A stretch of DNA of 64,000 bases from positions 823,659 through 887,658 of the forward strand of contig JBFWNU010000002.1 of NCBI GenBank assembly GCA_050250895.1. The letters are read 5' to 3'. Source of the DNA: Vulcanimicrobiota bacterium (lineage in GTDB: Bacteria; Vulcanimicrobiota; Xenobia; Xenobiales; JADMJV01). Shown here one piece after another: positions 56,845 through 64,000 of the stretch (position 1 is the stretch's first letter; each line of letters opens with the position of its first letter). Made by a program: the position numbers and the translations under genes. Under the pieces are notes generated by a model. The model did no database searches, was not told the DNA's origin, and was given only the letters and a program-made list of their open reading frames with translations.

Positions 56845-57780
56845 CTAGGCGAAGAAGCGGTTCGAGAGCGTCGTGACCGTCGGCTGCACGCGATTGAACA
56901 CTTCCAGGTCCTTTTCGCCGAGCTTCTCGTTTTCGATTTTGAAGGACTCTTTGGCCTCGAGGGATTTCTCGATATTGAGTTTCTCGGGATTCTTGTCGCC
57001 GAGCTTTTCATTCTCGGCTTTGAAGCTCTGCTTCTCGGCCTGCTTGTCGAGCAACTTATCGTTCTGGATAGCCTTCTCGTTGTATGACTTGTCACCGAGC
57101 TTCTCGTTTTCGGCCTTGAAGCTCTGCTTTTCGGCCTGCTTGTCGAGCAACTTATCGTTTTGGATAGCCTTTTCGTTGTATGACTTGTCACCGAGCTTTT
57201 CGTTTTCGGCCTTGAAGGTCTGCTTCTCGGCCTGCTTCTCGAGCAACTTATCGTTTTGGATAGCCTTTTCGTTGTATGACTTGTCACCGAGCTTTTCGTT
57301 TTCGGCCTTGAAGGTCTGCTTCTCGGCCTGTTTGTCACCCAGCTTCTCGTTGGTGACGGCCTTTTCATTGTAGGACTTGTCACCGAGTTTCTCGTTCTCG
57401 GCTTTGAAGGTCTGCTTTTCGATGCTCTGCTTTTCGATGGGCCCTTTTTCGAAGGACTGCTTATCGGCTTGCTTCTCGCCGAGCTTTTCGTTCTCGGCTT
57501 TGAACGAGAGCTTCTCGATATTCTTCTCTTGTCCCAATTTCTCGGGAGCGAACTTCTCGTGGGTGCCCTTCTCGGGTTGGCCCTTCTCGTAACCGAGCTT
57601 TTCGCTGGCGAATTTCTCAGGCTGCTTCTCGCTGCCGTGCTTGCAGAACGACTGCTGGAAGCCCGGCCCCTCGGTCGGCTTTCCGGCGGGTGCGGGGGCC
57701 GGTCCGCCGAGCGAGCGGATTGGGCCCTGGTGGGTGGTTAGCGCGGGACGAAACTGTGACGAGATGAACGGTTCTTTCAA
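56845..57780 (-). CDS. Lys/Glu/Asp-rich repeat protein; candidate multi-core precursor for the adjacent ATP-grasp ligases
   Basis: GGAGGAG RBS before TTG 57780 (MKEPFISSQF..., 311 aa); about 45 (D/E)K dipeptides; 7 nt upstream of the ATP-grasp gene. Confidence 0.8.
   Translation of the reverse strand: MKEPFISSQFRPALTTHQGPIRSLGGPAPAPAGKPTEGPGFQQSFCKHGSEKQPEKFASEKLGYEKGQPEKGTHEKFAPEKLGQEKNIEKLSFKAENEKLGEKQADKQSFEKGPIEKQSIEKQTFKAENEKLGDKSYNEKAVTNEKLGDKQAEKQTFKAENEKLGDKSYNEKAIQNDKLLEKQAEKQTFKAENEKLGDKSYNEKAIQNDKLLDKQAEKQSFKAENEKLGDKSYNEKAIQNDKLLDKQAEKQSFKAENEKLGDKNPEKLNIEKSLEAKESFKIENEKLGEKDLEVFNRVQPTVTTLSNRFFA
56993..57420 (-). repeat. 96-bp (32-aa) tandem repeat, about 4.4 copies
   Basis: Consensus KQ(T/S)FKAENEKLGDKSYNEKAIQNDKLL(D/E)KQAE; DNA copies differ mostly at synonymous sites. 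Confidence 0.9.
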
Positions 57781-57804
57781 AGTCGAAACTCCTCCGAATA
57801 CCAA

Positions 57805-57813
57805 ATTGTATCA
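57805..57813 (-). promoter_or_regulatory. Extended -10 element upstream of the precursor gene
   Basis: Minus strand TG-A-TACAAT just upstream of the GGAGGAG RBS. Confidence 0.45.
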
Positions 57814-57849
57814 CGACCCCACCCGGTTTGGTCTAGAGGTTGGCCAAAA

Positions 57850-58227
57850 TCAGTGGCGCACCCCGCTAAGGTAGGTCTCGGCCAGCACTCGCTGGTCCTG
57901 GCCGCGCACCTGCCACGAAACCACGACCTGGGCGCTTTTCAACAGGCGGGGATCTCGTCCGGCCAGCTCAGCGATCTCTTGCCGGATGGCAAAACGCTGC
58001 CCTTCCACCGTGATGTCCTCGGTGTAGATGCCGACCTCGAGTTGCTCGAAGCTGGTGTGCTGCAGTCTGGCCAACCGGTCCTGGGCCAGGTTATTGGCCA
58101 CCAGGCGCGCTTCGGTCCGAGCAATCGCAAGCAGCGAGGTGGGGAAGAGGTTGAGCACGAGAATGCCGATCACAAAGGCCACGGCCGCGGCGAAGACCAC
58201 TTCTGCCAGGCTCAATCCCCGTCGCAT
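57850..58227 (-). CDS. Prepilin-like protein (PilV / pseudopilin type)
   Basis: MRRG-LSLAEVVFA class III signal; C-terminal VVVSW. Confidence 0.75.
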   Translation of the reverse strand: MRRGLSLAEVVFAAAVAFVIGILVLNLFPTSLLAIARTEARLVANNLAQDRLARLQHTSFEQLEVGIYTEDITVEGQRFAIRQEIAELAGRDPRLLKSAQVVVSWQVRGQDQRVLAETYLSGVRH

Positions 58228-58277
58228 CCCGCATGCTTCCGCGAGGACCGCGCTGCAACCTGCGAGAAAGCCTGGTA

Positions 58278-58919
58278 ATGGACCCCGGGAAAAGGCGCTT
58301 CAAGACCGGCGTGACGCTGATCGAGCTCATTATCTACGCCGGCTTGAGCTTGCTGTTGCTGGGTCTGCTGTTTTATCTCTTGTGGCCCAGCGCCCGGGCC
58401 TCGGGGGTCGCCACCGCCAAGGTGCGCCTTCACCAGATGGCCACCAACGTCTTGACCAAGCTGGGCCGCGACCTGGCTACCAGCAATGCCTCGGCCGTTT
58501 CTTTGCTCGATTCGGCCGCGGCCCCCCAGCCCAATGGCCTGGCTCTGGTGCAAGCTCGGGGCCTGACGGCCAGTGGCCAGACCAGCTGGCAGACCGAAGC
58601 CATCTGCTATCTGTTCTTGCCGGAGCAGGGCCGCGTGGTGCGCCAACTTTGCCCCCCCGAGCCGCCCTCGGTCGTTTTTCTGGCCTCGCGGCCGGCGCTG
58701 CTCTCGGCCTCTGACCTGCTGGCGGTGGCCCAAAACTCCAACCAGACCCGCCGCACGTTGGCCCAGCAGGTTACCCGCTTCGAGGTCTTTCACGAGGGCG
58801 ACACCCGAGCCAGGGTGGTCTCGCCCCTGCGGGTGCGCATTCGCCTCGAAGCCGATGTGCCCGGCCGCACCGCCCCGGAGGTTTTCGAACTGGAGCGAAC
58901 CTTTGCGCTGCGCGATTAA
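58278..58919 (+). CDS. Prepilin-like protein (PilW / GspJ type)
   Basis: KTG-VTLIELIIY N-methylation motif. Confidence 0.75.
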   Translation: MDPGKRRFKTGVTLIELIIYAGLSLLLLGLLFYLLWPSARASGVATAKVRLHQMATNVLTKLGRDLATSNASAVSLLDSAAAPQPNGLALVQARGLTASGQTSWQTEAICYLFLPEQGRVVRQLCPPEPPSVVFLASRPALLSASDLLAVAQNSNQTRRTLAQQVTRFEVFHEGDTRARVVSPLRVRIRLEADVPGRTAPEVFELERTFALRD

Positions 58920-60468
58920 GATTGTCTTGCTGATGGGACTGCTCTGGGCGGGGGCCACCGCCGAGGTTCGCGACCTGATGATCGTGGCTGTCGACACCCA
59001 GGGCAAGAACTTGCGCGCCGAGCTCTATCTCAAGGCCGAGGGCTTCGAGTTGCTCGGTCCCAGCGGGCGGGCCTATGCGGTCGAGATGGACCCGTTCACT
59101 CTCAAGAATGGACAGGTTCGCCTGCGGGTGGGCCTGATCCATCCAGACTACATCGGTCTCTATGAAGAGATCGACTTTCGTCGCGGGGTGCCCGTCAAGC
59201 TCAAGATGGTGCCGCGCATTCGCCGTTTCGAGTTGCAGACCGATCCCCCCGATGCCCGGGTTCGCTCCCAACAGGGCTTTCTCGAGCGGCAGCCGGATGG
59301 CTCGCTGGAGCTCGACCCGGCCGCTTACCTTCCCCTGGCCGGGCGGGCCGGTGGCGAGCCTGTCTATCAACGCGCCCCCGCCGAGTTGACCCTCGAGGCC
59401 GACGGCTACGAACCGACCAGCCTGATCATCGAGCCCGAGCAGTGGGCCACCGGTCAGCTGGGCTCGGTGGCCCTACCCGCCGCCCGCGGTCTGGGGCCCT
59501 TCCTGACCCGCCTGCGTCACTCTCCTGGCCCGCTGCTGCTGGTGTTGACCTTGCTTGGGCTGGGCGCTCTCAAAGCTCGTCAGCTGGCCGCCAGGGCGCG
59601 TCTGGCCGAGCAACTCGAGAGCCTGCGCGCCGATGGTAGCGATCCCCTGGCCGGAGCCGAACTCGGTGGCTATCGGCTGGCCGAGCAGTTGGGCCAGGGG
59701 GGCGCGGCTGCCGTCTATCTAGGCTATCCGGCCGCCAGCCTTGACCTGAGCAAGCCCGTGGCCGTCAAGGTCGTGCACCGCCAGTTGGCCCAGGATCCCG
59801 ATTTTCTCCAGCGCTTCTATCGCGAGGTCGAGGTGAGCGGTTCGCTGGTCCACGCCAACATCGTCGAACTCAAAGACTATGGCAACCAGGACGGGCAACT
59901 CTATCTGGTGTTGGAATACCTCAAAGGTACTTCCCTGCGGGATAAGGTTCGGGCCGGCCTGCCCCTCGCCCAGGTGATGGACTACCTTCGTCCGGTGGCC
60001 AAAGCCCTGATTTACGCCCACCAGCAAGGCGTGACCCATCGCGACCTCAAGCCCGAGAACATCATGGTGACCGAGCACGGTCTCAAAGTGATGGATTTCG
60101 GCTTTGCCAAGAAGCACAACGCCTCGACCATTACGGCCACCGGATTCATCTTCGGCACCCCGGCCTATCTGCCACCCGAGCAGGCCCGAGGCGAGGTCTG
60201 TGCGGCCACCGACCAGTATGCCTTCGGAGTGCTGGCCTTCGAGCTGTTCACCGGTCGCTTGCCCTTTGAAGCCGAAGAACCGTTGGCTCTGGTGATGCAG
60301 CACATGAGCGACCCGCCGCCCAGCCCGCGCGACTTTCGCCCCGACCTCTCGATCGAAGTCGAGGCCGTCGTGCTCAAACTGCTGGCCAAAGACCCCGAAG
60401 ACCGTTATCCCTCGATGAGCCAGGCCTGGCAGGCGCTCGAAGAGGCTAGTGGGCTTTCCACAGCCTGA
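58903..60468 (+). CDS. Ser/Thr protein kinase with an N-terminal extracytoplasmic PEGA-like region
   Basis: Signal-like N-terminus, LQTDPPDARV, TM, LGQGGAAAVY, VAVK, HRDLKPEN, DFG, GTPAYLPPEQ; start uncertain. Confidence 0.88.
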   Translation: MRCAIKIVLLMGLLWAGATAEVRDLMIVAVDTQGKNLRAELYLKAEGFELLGPSGRAYAVEMDPFTLKNGQVRLRVGLIHPDYIGLYEEIDFRRGVPVKLKMVPRIRRFELQTDPPDARVRSQQGFLERQPDGSLELDPAAYLPLAGRAGGEPVYQRAPAELTLEADGYEPTSLIIEPEQWATGQLGSVALPAARGLGPFLTRLRHSPGPLLLVLTLLGLGALKARQLAARARLAEQLESLRADGSDPLAGAELGGYRLAEQLGQGGAAAVYLGYPAASLDLSKPVAVKVVHRQLAQDPDFLQRFYREVEVSGSLVHANIVELKDYGNQDGQLYLVLEYLKGTSLRDKVRAGLPLAQVMDYLRPVAKALIYAHQQGVTHRDLKPENIMVTEHGLKVMDFGFAKKHNASTITATGFIFGTPAYLPPEQARGEVCAATDQYAFGVLAFELFTGRLPFEAEEPLALVMQHMSDPPPSPRDFRPDLSIEVEAVVLKLLAKDPEDRYPSMSQAWQALEEASGLSTA

Positions 60469-62065
60469 GCCGGATACGGTCGGCCTGGCTAAGATACTCG
60501 TTGAGCCCAAAGTGAAAGATCGAGGTCTCGGCTGTCACCTGGGTCTGGGTGCCGCCGGTGGGACTAAAACCCTGACCGACCAGGGCATTGACCACCATGT
60601 CGAGAGGGTTGACGCCTTCTTCTGGACCGTCCATGTTCTGTTCGTCGAACTCCATTCCGGGCGGTCCGCTGATATTGGCGTCGAGCAACAGCCGCTTGAT
60701 TTGATGCCGGGGAGTGTTGTCGCGGTCGTTGCTTTGGAGCCGAAAGATGAGGGTGTGCAATTGGCTGATCTGTTCGGGTGTGAAATCGACGGTGAAGTTG
60801 ACCACCTGATCTCCCACCGGAAAAAGGTCATTGTCACGCACATTGTTGCGGAAACTGAAGCTGACGTGGGAGCGGTTGACGATAAAGTCGGCCGCCTCAG
60901 GCACCGACACCAACCCGACGTTGTCGAGGGTCACGTGGCTGCCGGGGTTGATCGCCTCTTCGGGATGATTGGCCAGAAAGGCGCCCACCAGGGTGATGTC
61001 CGAGGCGACCAGATCCCCTTCGGTGTAGATGATGCCTTGAAAATAGGAGCCGTCGGGCGAGCCCGAGATGGTGACCGTATCCTGGGCGATCAAAGCCACT
61101 TCATTGGCGGCCGCCAGGGCCACCCCCGAGTTGAGGGTGACTTTGCCTCGGGCCACAATCGCCCCACGCCCCACCACCGGCCCGTCGACGATCAGGTCGC
61201 CGTTGACCAGCAACACCCCCTCGTCGAGGCGCAGTTGCGACAACCTGGTCACATGCTCAGACGACTCGCGCACTCCGGCCACCAGCGTCTCGCCCCCGAG
61301 CAGCGGCCGCCCGCCTTTTTCGAAGTAGCGTTCGACCTCCAGAGGCGGCAGATCGACCTGGCCGGCAAAAGGACGCAACTCCCCGTCGACGGTGACTCCG
61401 TCGCTCACCATGATCGACCCCTTCGCCTCGAGATTGCCGGACACTCTGGTGTCGGTCCCGTCAAGTTCGACGGCTAACCCGGCGGCGTTGGAGCGCAAGT
61501 CGGCCCGGCTCAGGTCCTCGAGCTCAAAGCCGTCGACCGCCTCTTCGACACTGTCGAGGGCGCCCACCACCAGCCTGCCACTGGAGTGGACCGGCCCCGA
61601 CGAGGCCAGGGCATAAGGAAAGCCCGGCACGTGATAGATGGCTTCGACGGTCCGCTTGACCCCGCCCGACTCGCCCACGGCCACCACCTGAATGGCATCG
61701 ACCGGCAGCGAGCGCCCGTTCCAGCCCTCGACAGCCGCGGCCGCACCACGATTGTCGTGAGACTCGGGAATACCCCAGTCGGCGGCCTGCTGCTGGCTAA
61801 AGGCCACCCGCCCGACCGAGTCGGTCAGCTTCACTTCGACCGACTGGCTGGGGTCGTCGGTTTTGCCGAAGCCTGGCTCGGTCAGCAGCCGCTCCACCGC
61901 CTGGGCGATGGCCGCATCGGCGGCGTTGGTGGCCTGGTCGCCGTGGCCGGCCCTCAGGCCGAAGTTGAGGTGGAAGATGCCGGTGCTGGCCGCCGTGAGC
62001 CCCAGCAGCAAGATCAAGGTGCCCACCAGCAACGTGGTGGCCAGCGTATTGCCCCGAGTCTTCAC
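60446..62065 (-). CDS. PilX-like protein with a beta-helix-like region
   Basis: MKTRG-NTLATTLLVGTLILLLG, ATNAADAAIAQA; GVLLVNGDLIV and FQGIIYTEGD repeats. Confidence 0.65.
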   Translation of the reverse strand: MKTRGNTLATTLLVGTLILLLGLTAASTGIFHLNFGLRAGHGDQATNAADAAIAQAVERLLTEPGFGKTDDPSQSVEVKLTDSVGRVAFSQQQAADWGIPESHDNRGAAAAVEGWNGRSLPVDAIQVVAVGESGGVKRTVEAIYHVPGFPYALASSGPVHSSGRLVVGALDSVEEAVDGFELEDLSRADLRSNAAGLAVELDGTDTRVSGNLEAKGSIMVSDGVTVDGELRPFAGQVDLPPLEVERYFEKGGRPLLGGETLVAGVRESSEHVTRLSQLRLDEGVLLVNGDLIVDGPVVGRGAIVARGKVTLNSGVALAAANEVALIAQDTVTISGSPDGSYFQGIIYTEGDLVASDITLVGAFLANHPEEAINPGSHVTLDNVGLVSVPEAADFIVNRSHVSFSFRNNVRDNDLFPVGDQVVNFTVDFTPEQISQLHTLIFRLQSNDRDNTPRHQIKRLLLDANISGPPGMEFDEQNMDGPEEGVNPLDMVVNALVGQGFSPTGGTQTQVTAETSIFHFGLNEYLSQADRIRLRLWKAH

Positions 62066-62109
62066 CTGGACTCTTTCGACCCGCGCTCGCCGGTCGCCTG
62101 GGCCGAGCC

Positions 62110-62430
62110 TCACGGGGCGGGAGGCGGCCGGCGGCTGAACTGAGAGTTCTGCCAGATGATCCGAGCCCGCTCGCCCACCATCTGGCAGGTAACCGGTCGA
62201 ACCGGGACGGAAAACTGTCGTGCAAACACAGAAGCTACCTCGTCGGCAAGCCCCTCCCAGTTCGAAAGGCCGGCTAGCATCACCATGAGAGCGTCGGCTT
62301 CAGGGCTGTACTCATCGGGTGGTCCGCCAATCGACATCGGATCGAGAGAAGCTAGCATCTTCTGCAGCTCGAGTCGAACTCGTAGATACTCCCTTTTCTT
62401 GCCATGGCTACTAGGGTCAGCCTTCAGCAC
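62110..62430 (-). CDS. Small hypothetical protein (DUF1871/YugE-like)
   Basis: LDPMSIGGPPDEYSPEA..VFARQF; start uncertain. Confidence 0.4.
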   Translation of the reverse strand: MLKADPSSHGKKREYLRVRLELQKMLASLDPMSIGGPPDEYSPEADALMVMLAGLSNWEGLADEVASVFARQFSVPVRPVTCQMVGERARIIWQNSQFSRRPPPAP

Positions 62431-62459
62431 GTCGACACCATGAAGCAGTCGCCCCTCCC

Positions 62460-62570
62460 TGACGGCCGCGGATTTCGTCGAGGTGCTCGTAATAGTAGAC
62501 GAGCGCGGCGTGAACTTCGGCCAGGGAGAGATGGAACTCGCGGGCGATCTGGACGTAGGCGGTGCCTGAA
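62460..62570 (-). pseudogene. DUF433 antitoxin-like remnant
   Basis: QIAREFHLSLAEVHAALVYYYEHLDEI matches the DUF433 C-terminal half; the N-terminal half is replaced by repeats. Confidence 0.55.
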
Positions 62571-62588
62571 GCGCGTCTGTCGTGGCGG

Positions 62589-62968
62589 CGCGGCGCGTGG
62601 TCGAAGCACAGGTCGGTGCGGCTCGCCAGTGGGGCGCCTGAGACATCGCGGAGATCAGGAGGGCACGGAGAGGGTTGTGGGGGGCGTGGGGTGAGCGTCC
62701 TGGCGACCACCTGGTGCCGCACCGCCGCCGTCAGCCTGGGTGGCTCGACCACGGTCGCGGGGCAAGCCGACCTCCGCACGGAAGAGCAACCTCGGCCGAG
62801 TACGGCGCTACCACGTGCCGAATCCGGCACCACCTGGTGCCGTACCGCCGCCGGCCAGCCTGGGTAGCTCGGCCACGGTCGCGGGCAAGTCGAGTTCCGC
62901 ACGGAAGAGGCGCGGCGCGTGGTCGAAGCACAAGCACAGGTCGGTGTGGCTCGCCAGTGGGGTGCCTG
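62589..62968. repeat. Composite A-B-B-A direct repeats
   Basis: Unit A (CGCGGCGCGTGGTCGAAGCACA...GCCAGTGGGGYGCCTG) near 62589 and 62910; unit B of about 80 bp (CCACCTGGTGCCG...CCGCACGGAAGAG) near 62707 and 62830. Confidence 0.75.
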
Positions 62969-63449
62969 GGAGATATATGCAGAAAGCATCAGGTCCATTG
63001 TAGCACGATGGGGGAGAGCCTCCCGAGTAGAGCGCTCGCAATATTTCCGCGGCGGCGGTTGGAAAGCGCTTCGCTTTTTGGTTGGCACTAGACGCAGCCG
63101 CCCACAGCCGCGGACCCCAGCCCGGATAACGGCCCGGCGATTTGGCAACCTACACTGCCGAATTCGGCGTACCAGACTGCCGAATGAAGGTGCGGCGACG
63201 GAGAAGTGACCCCCGCTGGTTAGGCCTTCTCTCGCGGAGGGGGTCGCTGAGCCGTCGCCCCCGGCGCGCTCCTCTCGCGCAGTTCTATCAGGTTCAACGT
63301 GGTCTGAGAACTGCGCCCGCGCGCCTTTCAGCCACGGTCACGCCCTTCTCCGTTGCAGTCTTGCTCACGTCCCGCGGCGCTGGCGAGCGCCCTTTGGGCA
63401 AAGGGCGCGCCAGCGCCGCGGTGGCGTTTCAGTTTCAGATTTCGAGCGG

Positions 63450-64000
63450 CTATGGTTGCAGCGGGCGAAATCTGGCCTGCTCTTCGCTCCAAACTCGCAA
63501 TCGTGGTAAGAAAACGCCTTTACCAAAAGAGTCGTTCGGATCTTCTCGCTGATCCCGAACGGAGAATTCCGATACGCCGTCGTGATCGCTGTCGGTTACA
63601 TCTATCGCAATCCCGTATGGGGAATCGAGCCTCCCAAGCTCTTTCAGTTCATCTGACGAGTCGAACAGCAACATTGAAATTTGGCCATGGCTGCCACCCC
63701 ACTGGTGGAAGAGCAACAAACCACGTTTGCCCGTGCTGTAAACACAAGCGCCTCCGATCCAAAAGTTTCGACCATATATTCGATAAGGCTTATCGGTTCT
63801 TTCGCCACGCCTAGTAATGGTTGCACGAGCAATCCTTCCAAAACTTAAGGACGTTGCCCTTTCACACAAGACCTCGAAAGCTCCGATGTCGCGCTTCTCT
63901 ACGATAGACCAATTTCTAACATCTGGGAAATCCCGTCGCGCCCCGAAAGCCTCGCCGGGCTTGGCCGCAGAACGTATGATGTAGCAGCGATTCACCTCCT
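63450..64000 (-). CDS. Hypothetical protein, possibly entering from the right edge; lower GC than the surrounding genes
   Basis: 181-aa ORF with an FG-GAP-like DSDHDGVSEF loop. Confidence 0.55.
   Translation of the reverse strand, partial: EVNRCYIIRSAAKPGEAFGARRDFPDVRNWSIVEKRDIGAFEVLCERATSLSFGRIARATITRRGERTDKPYRIYGRNFWIGGACVYSTGKRGLLLFHQWGGSHGQISMLLFDSSDELKELGRLDSPYGIAIDVTDSDHDGVSEFSVRDQREDPNDSFGKGVFLPRLRVWSEEQARFRPLQP

Noticed and set aside
56838-57383. Alternative-frame 181-aa Ser/Arg/Thr/Lys repeat ORF as the precursor
   Set aside because: It has no obvious RBS and almost no acidic acceptor residues. Repeat variation is synonymous in the EK frame, not in this one.
56993-57420. 96-bp tandem repeat as a CRISPR array
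   Set aside because: There are no unique spacers and no cas genes. The unit is a multiple of 3 with synonymous variation, so it is a coding repeat.
56845-57780. Classification as a microviridin or plesiocin precursor
   Set aside because: No TxKYPSD or TTxxxxEE core is present. PFISSQF and the C-terminal RFFA only faintly resemble the PFFARFL leader motif.
62589-62968. Repeat cluster as a degenerate CRISPR or an IS element
   Set aside because: The units are 50-80 bp with only two copies each, no regular spacers and no transposase.
62417-63148. 243-aa and neighbouring ORFs spanning the repeat mosaic
   Set aside because: They translate GC-rich non-coding repeats; only the DUF433-like tail looks like protein.

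Overview
GC-rich bacterial chromosomal window with about 55 mostly intact genes. I recognised no rRNA, tRNA, CRISPR array or intact transposase. The many Hanks kinases, pilin-like genes and proteins with low-complexity N-termini suggest Candidatus Eremiobacterota/Vulcanimicrobiota or a similar lineage; this is inference only. Ordinary genes include a MarR-TolC-EmrA-EmrB efflux operon, RluA, accC, an FAH hydrolase, ubiX, GH31, uppP and an M13 peptidase. The standout locus is 55057-57780 (minus strand). It encodes a 311-aa protein built from about 45 (D/E)K dipeptides, including four near-exact 32-aa repeats. Directly downstream are two coupled RimK/MvdC-D-like ATP-grasp genes, one catalytically intact and one degenerate. 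This is a candidate graspetide-like RiPP or lactam-crosslinking system with an unusual precursor and a probable pseudo-enzyme partner. Other observations: a recurring insertion-containing LysM-like domain, putative non-Sec-exported proteins (including a PG-binding GH75 and a 1554-aa orphan), a P450 lacking the ExxR and PERF elements, an 8-blade repeat beta-propeller, apparently leaderless genes, small ORFs and REP-like repeats. All calls come from manual reading; no searches were run.
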